Shown: in pieces, positions 61,600-64,000 of the stretch | How the letters are laid out: each line of letters starts with the position of its first letter | Numbering within the stretch: position 1 is the stretch's first letter | Origin: Anaerohalosphaeraceae bacterium | GTDB taxonomy: Bacteria > Planctomycetota > Phycisphaerae > Sedimentisphaerales > Anaerohalosphaeraceae | Direction: 5' to 3' | Assembly: GCA_963675525.2 (NCBI GenBank) | Contig: CAXXSL010000011.1 | Location: 384,001-448,000 of the forward strand | DNA: 64,000 nucleotides | The notes under the pieces: model-generated | What the model was told of the DNA's origin: nothing | The model's input: only the letters and a program-made list of their open reading frames with translations | Databases searched by the model: none | Translations under genes and position numbers: made by a program

Positions 61600-63693
61600 C
61601 TAAAAAACGCCCGACAGAAAAATGCCCGCCTGATAAACGCACAGCGTCACCACATACGCAAGCACCGTCAAGCCCAAATACTGAAACATCGCCCATTTCC
61701 ACGTCCCCGACTCCTTCCAGGTGATCGCCACCGTCGCCACACACGGTGCCGTGATCAGGCAGAACAGCATCACGCAGAATCCCTGCAGTGGTGTATAATC
61801 GGCCTGCAAATGCTGTTGAAGCGCTTTGGTGTCTTCGCCCGTGTCACCCAGCGCATAAATGATCGAAAGTTGCGAGACAAACACCTCTTTGGCCGCCGAC
61901 GCCCCGATCAGCGCAGTGCCGATCTTCCAGTCAAAGCCCAGCGGACGGATAACCGGCTCGATCGCCTTGCCAACGCGTCCGGCAACGGAGTATTGCAAAA
62001 CCGCACTCTGCTGCTGTTGGGGCGTCAGTGCCGCCAGATCCTCTTCTGCAGGTCGGGGGTAACTGATTGCCGCCCACAAAACGATCGAGATCACAAGGAT
62101 CACCGTCCCGGCTTTTTTCAGGTACATCCATCCGCGAAACCACATATGGATCAGCAGCCCCTTGGCCGTCGGCATCCGGTACGGAGGCAGTTCCATCACG
62201 AACGGGATCGTCTCGCCCTTCAGCAGCGACTTGCGCAAAAGCTGAATACAGACGATCGCCAGCAGGATGCCGATCAGGTAGATCAAAAACATCACCGGAC
62301 CCTGCATATGTTTCGGAAAAAATGCCGCCACAAACAGCGTATAGATCGCGATCCGTGCCCCGCAGCTCATCAACGGGATCACCAGCATTGTCGCCAGCCG
62401 GTTCCGCCGGTTCTCAAGGATCCGCGTGGCCATGATCGCCGGAACCGAACAGCCGAAACCGATCAGCATCGGGATAAAACTTTTGCCATGCAGCCCGATC
62501 TTGTGCATGATACGGTCCATAACGAATGCCGCACGCGCCATATAACCGGTATCTTCAAGAAACGCGATCCCCAGGAAAAGAATCAGGATCGTCGGGCAGA
62601 AAAATAACCACACCGCCCACGCCGCCCGATGATCCCATCAACGATCAGCGACCGCAGCGGCAGCAGCGTTTCCGCGGGCCAGAAAATAATAGATCGCCGA
62701 ACCCAGCCAGCCGAACAGATGCTCCAGCCCCGCCATCGGGTAGCGCCCGATCTTGAACGTCAGGTAAAAGACCGCATACATCAAAACCGCAAAGATCGGC
62801 AGCCCCGCATAGCGGTTTGGTCAGCACCGCGTCGATCTTGTCACTGACATCATGACGTATCTGAACGGTGGTTTTAATCGTTTCCTGGCAGACGCCGGAA
62901 ATCACCCCGTACCGCCGGTGTCCGCGATCAGGATATCGGCAGGGTCGCCGAAGATTGTTTTAAGATGCTCCCGGCTCCCGGCAACCTGCTGCCGCACATC
63001 CGCCGCCCTGATCCATCCGCTGACCTCCGCATCCGCTTCCAGCAGTTTCAGCGCGATCCAGCGAACCGGGTACTTCGACGCAAAGGCCCCCTCGGTCTGA
63101 TTCAGCAGCGCTTCAATTTTCGACAGCTCTTCCTCGATCTCATCGCCGTAATGAATCCGCAGCCCCTTGGACGCATCATCGGCCTGGGCCGTTTCGACCA
63201 TCGCATCCAGAAGGTCGCCAACCCCCTTCTTCTTGCTGGCCACCATCGGAACGATCCGCACGTCCAGCAGCAGTTCCATCTGCTCCAGATCAAACACCAG
63301 CCCCCGGCTTTCCGCGACATCCGACATATTAAACACCAGTATCAACGGCACCTGCATTTCCATCAACTGGGTCGCCAGGTAGAGATGACGCTCCGGATTT
63401 GACGCGTCCAGGATATCGACCACCACGTCGGGGTGCGCTTCAAAAATAAAATGCCGGGCCACCAGTTCCTCGGCCGAATACGCCGTCAGGCTGTACGTGC
63501 CGGGAAGGTCCACCAGGGCCAGTTCATACCCCCCATGCCGGCAGATCCCCTCTTTCTTTTCGACCGTCACACCGGGATAATTGGCAACATGATGCCGCGA
63601 ACCCACCAGCGCATTGAACACCGTGGTCTTGCCGCTGTTCGGATTACCCGCCAGGGCAACCAGTATCTTGTTATCGGTATCTTTGGACGGCAC
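61600..63693 (-). pseudogene. feoB: Ferrous iron transporter FeoB interrupted by five clustered frameshifts (likely sequencing artefact)
   Basis: GNPNSGKT, NYPGVTVE and DLPGTYSL in the N-part; EDTGYMARAA, GFGCSVPA and AKEV in the C-part. The middle segment is recoverable across frames. Confidence 0.9.
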
Positions 63694-63736
63694 GATTCAT
63701 TCCTATGATAAAACAACCTACATCGCCGCACGCACT

Positions 63737-63793
63737 GTCATTCCAAGCGCAGTCGAGGAATCTGTTTAAAACAGCTTCGCCGAAGGCGAATCC
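63737..63793 (+). repeat. Two-hairpin interspersed repeat, copy C
   Basis: GTCATTCCAAGCGCAGTCGAGGAATCTGTTTAAAACAGCTTCGCCGAAGGCGAATCC. Confidence 0.85.
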
Positions 63794-63840
63794 ATAATTA
63801 AATTTCTTGCTCTGTAGAAAACATCCCATCTCAGGTCTCA

Positions 63841-63922
63841 GGCCCTGAAAGGGCCGTCAGTCACTTAGCCGGGGGTGTTAACCCCCGGGAAAAGGATTAA
63901 AAAAATCCAGCCCCGAAGGGGC
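63841..63922. repeat. Cluster of REP-like palindromes
   Basis: GGCCCT-GAA-AGGGCC, CCGGGGGT-GTTA-ACCCCCGG and GCCCC-GAA-GGGGC. Confidence 0.7.
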
Positions 63923-64000
63923 GAAAGTAAAAAAAGAGCTTTTCGACAGCGCATAATTTCTAAATTTTAATTTTTAAACATCTGCCTTAATCAACGTCAC

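Noticed and set aside
55652..63793. CRISPR array
   Set aside because: The repeats are kilobases apart with no spacers, and there are no cas genes.
63974..64000. Possible 3' end of an upstream gene such as feoA
   Set aside because: Too short to identify.

Overview
A gene-dense bacterial chromosome segment, probably from a planctomycete of the Phycisphaerae/Sedimentisphaerales type. This assignment is inferred from dockerin-like 'GDLN..VD..DL..LA.NWL' secreted proteins, coaE-rho synteny and a small ORF before xerC; no database search was run. 1-20.2 kb is an LPS/surface-glycan locus: GT21-like, GT2, GT4 and CgeB-like glycosyltransferases, a tandem LPS kinase, an MBOAT+SGNH O-acylation pair, four putative methyltransferases, an MsbA-like exporter with a PDZ-like loop, and rfbACDB. 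20-34 kb holds thrS-infC(ATT start)-rpmI-rplT-pheS without pheT, two secreted beta-helix/dockerin-like proteins and a sulfatase-GH28 cassette. 34-64 kb is mostly housekeeping (leuS, kdsA, xerC, yacG, dksA-like, btuFCD-like, mutL, gpmI, lspA, valS, rho, coaE) plus a feoB with five clustered frameshifts that are probably sequencing errors. I saw no tRNA, rRNA, CRISPR array, prophage or transposase. The most unusual signals are: (i) a ~57-bp two-hairpin repeat with compensatory changes in three copies, two of which bracket valS; (ii) a 297-bp, ~33% GC in-frame segment and a heptamer tandem repeat inside valS; (iii) recurring heptamer runs and GAA-loop hairpins at operon junctions. Together these may be footprints of a small-cassette insertion/exchange process, which is a hypothesis only.
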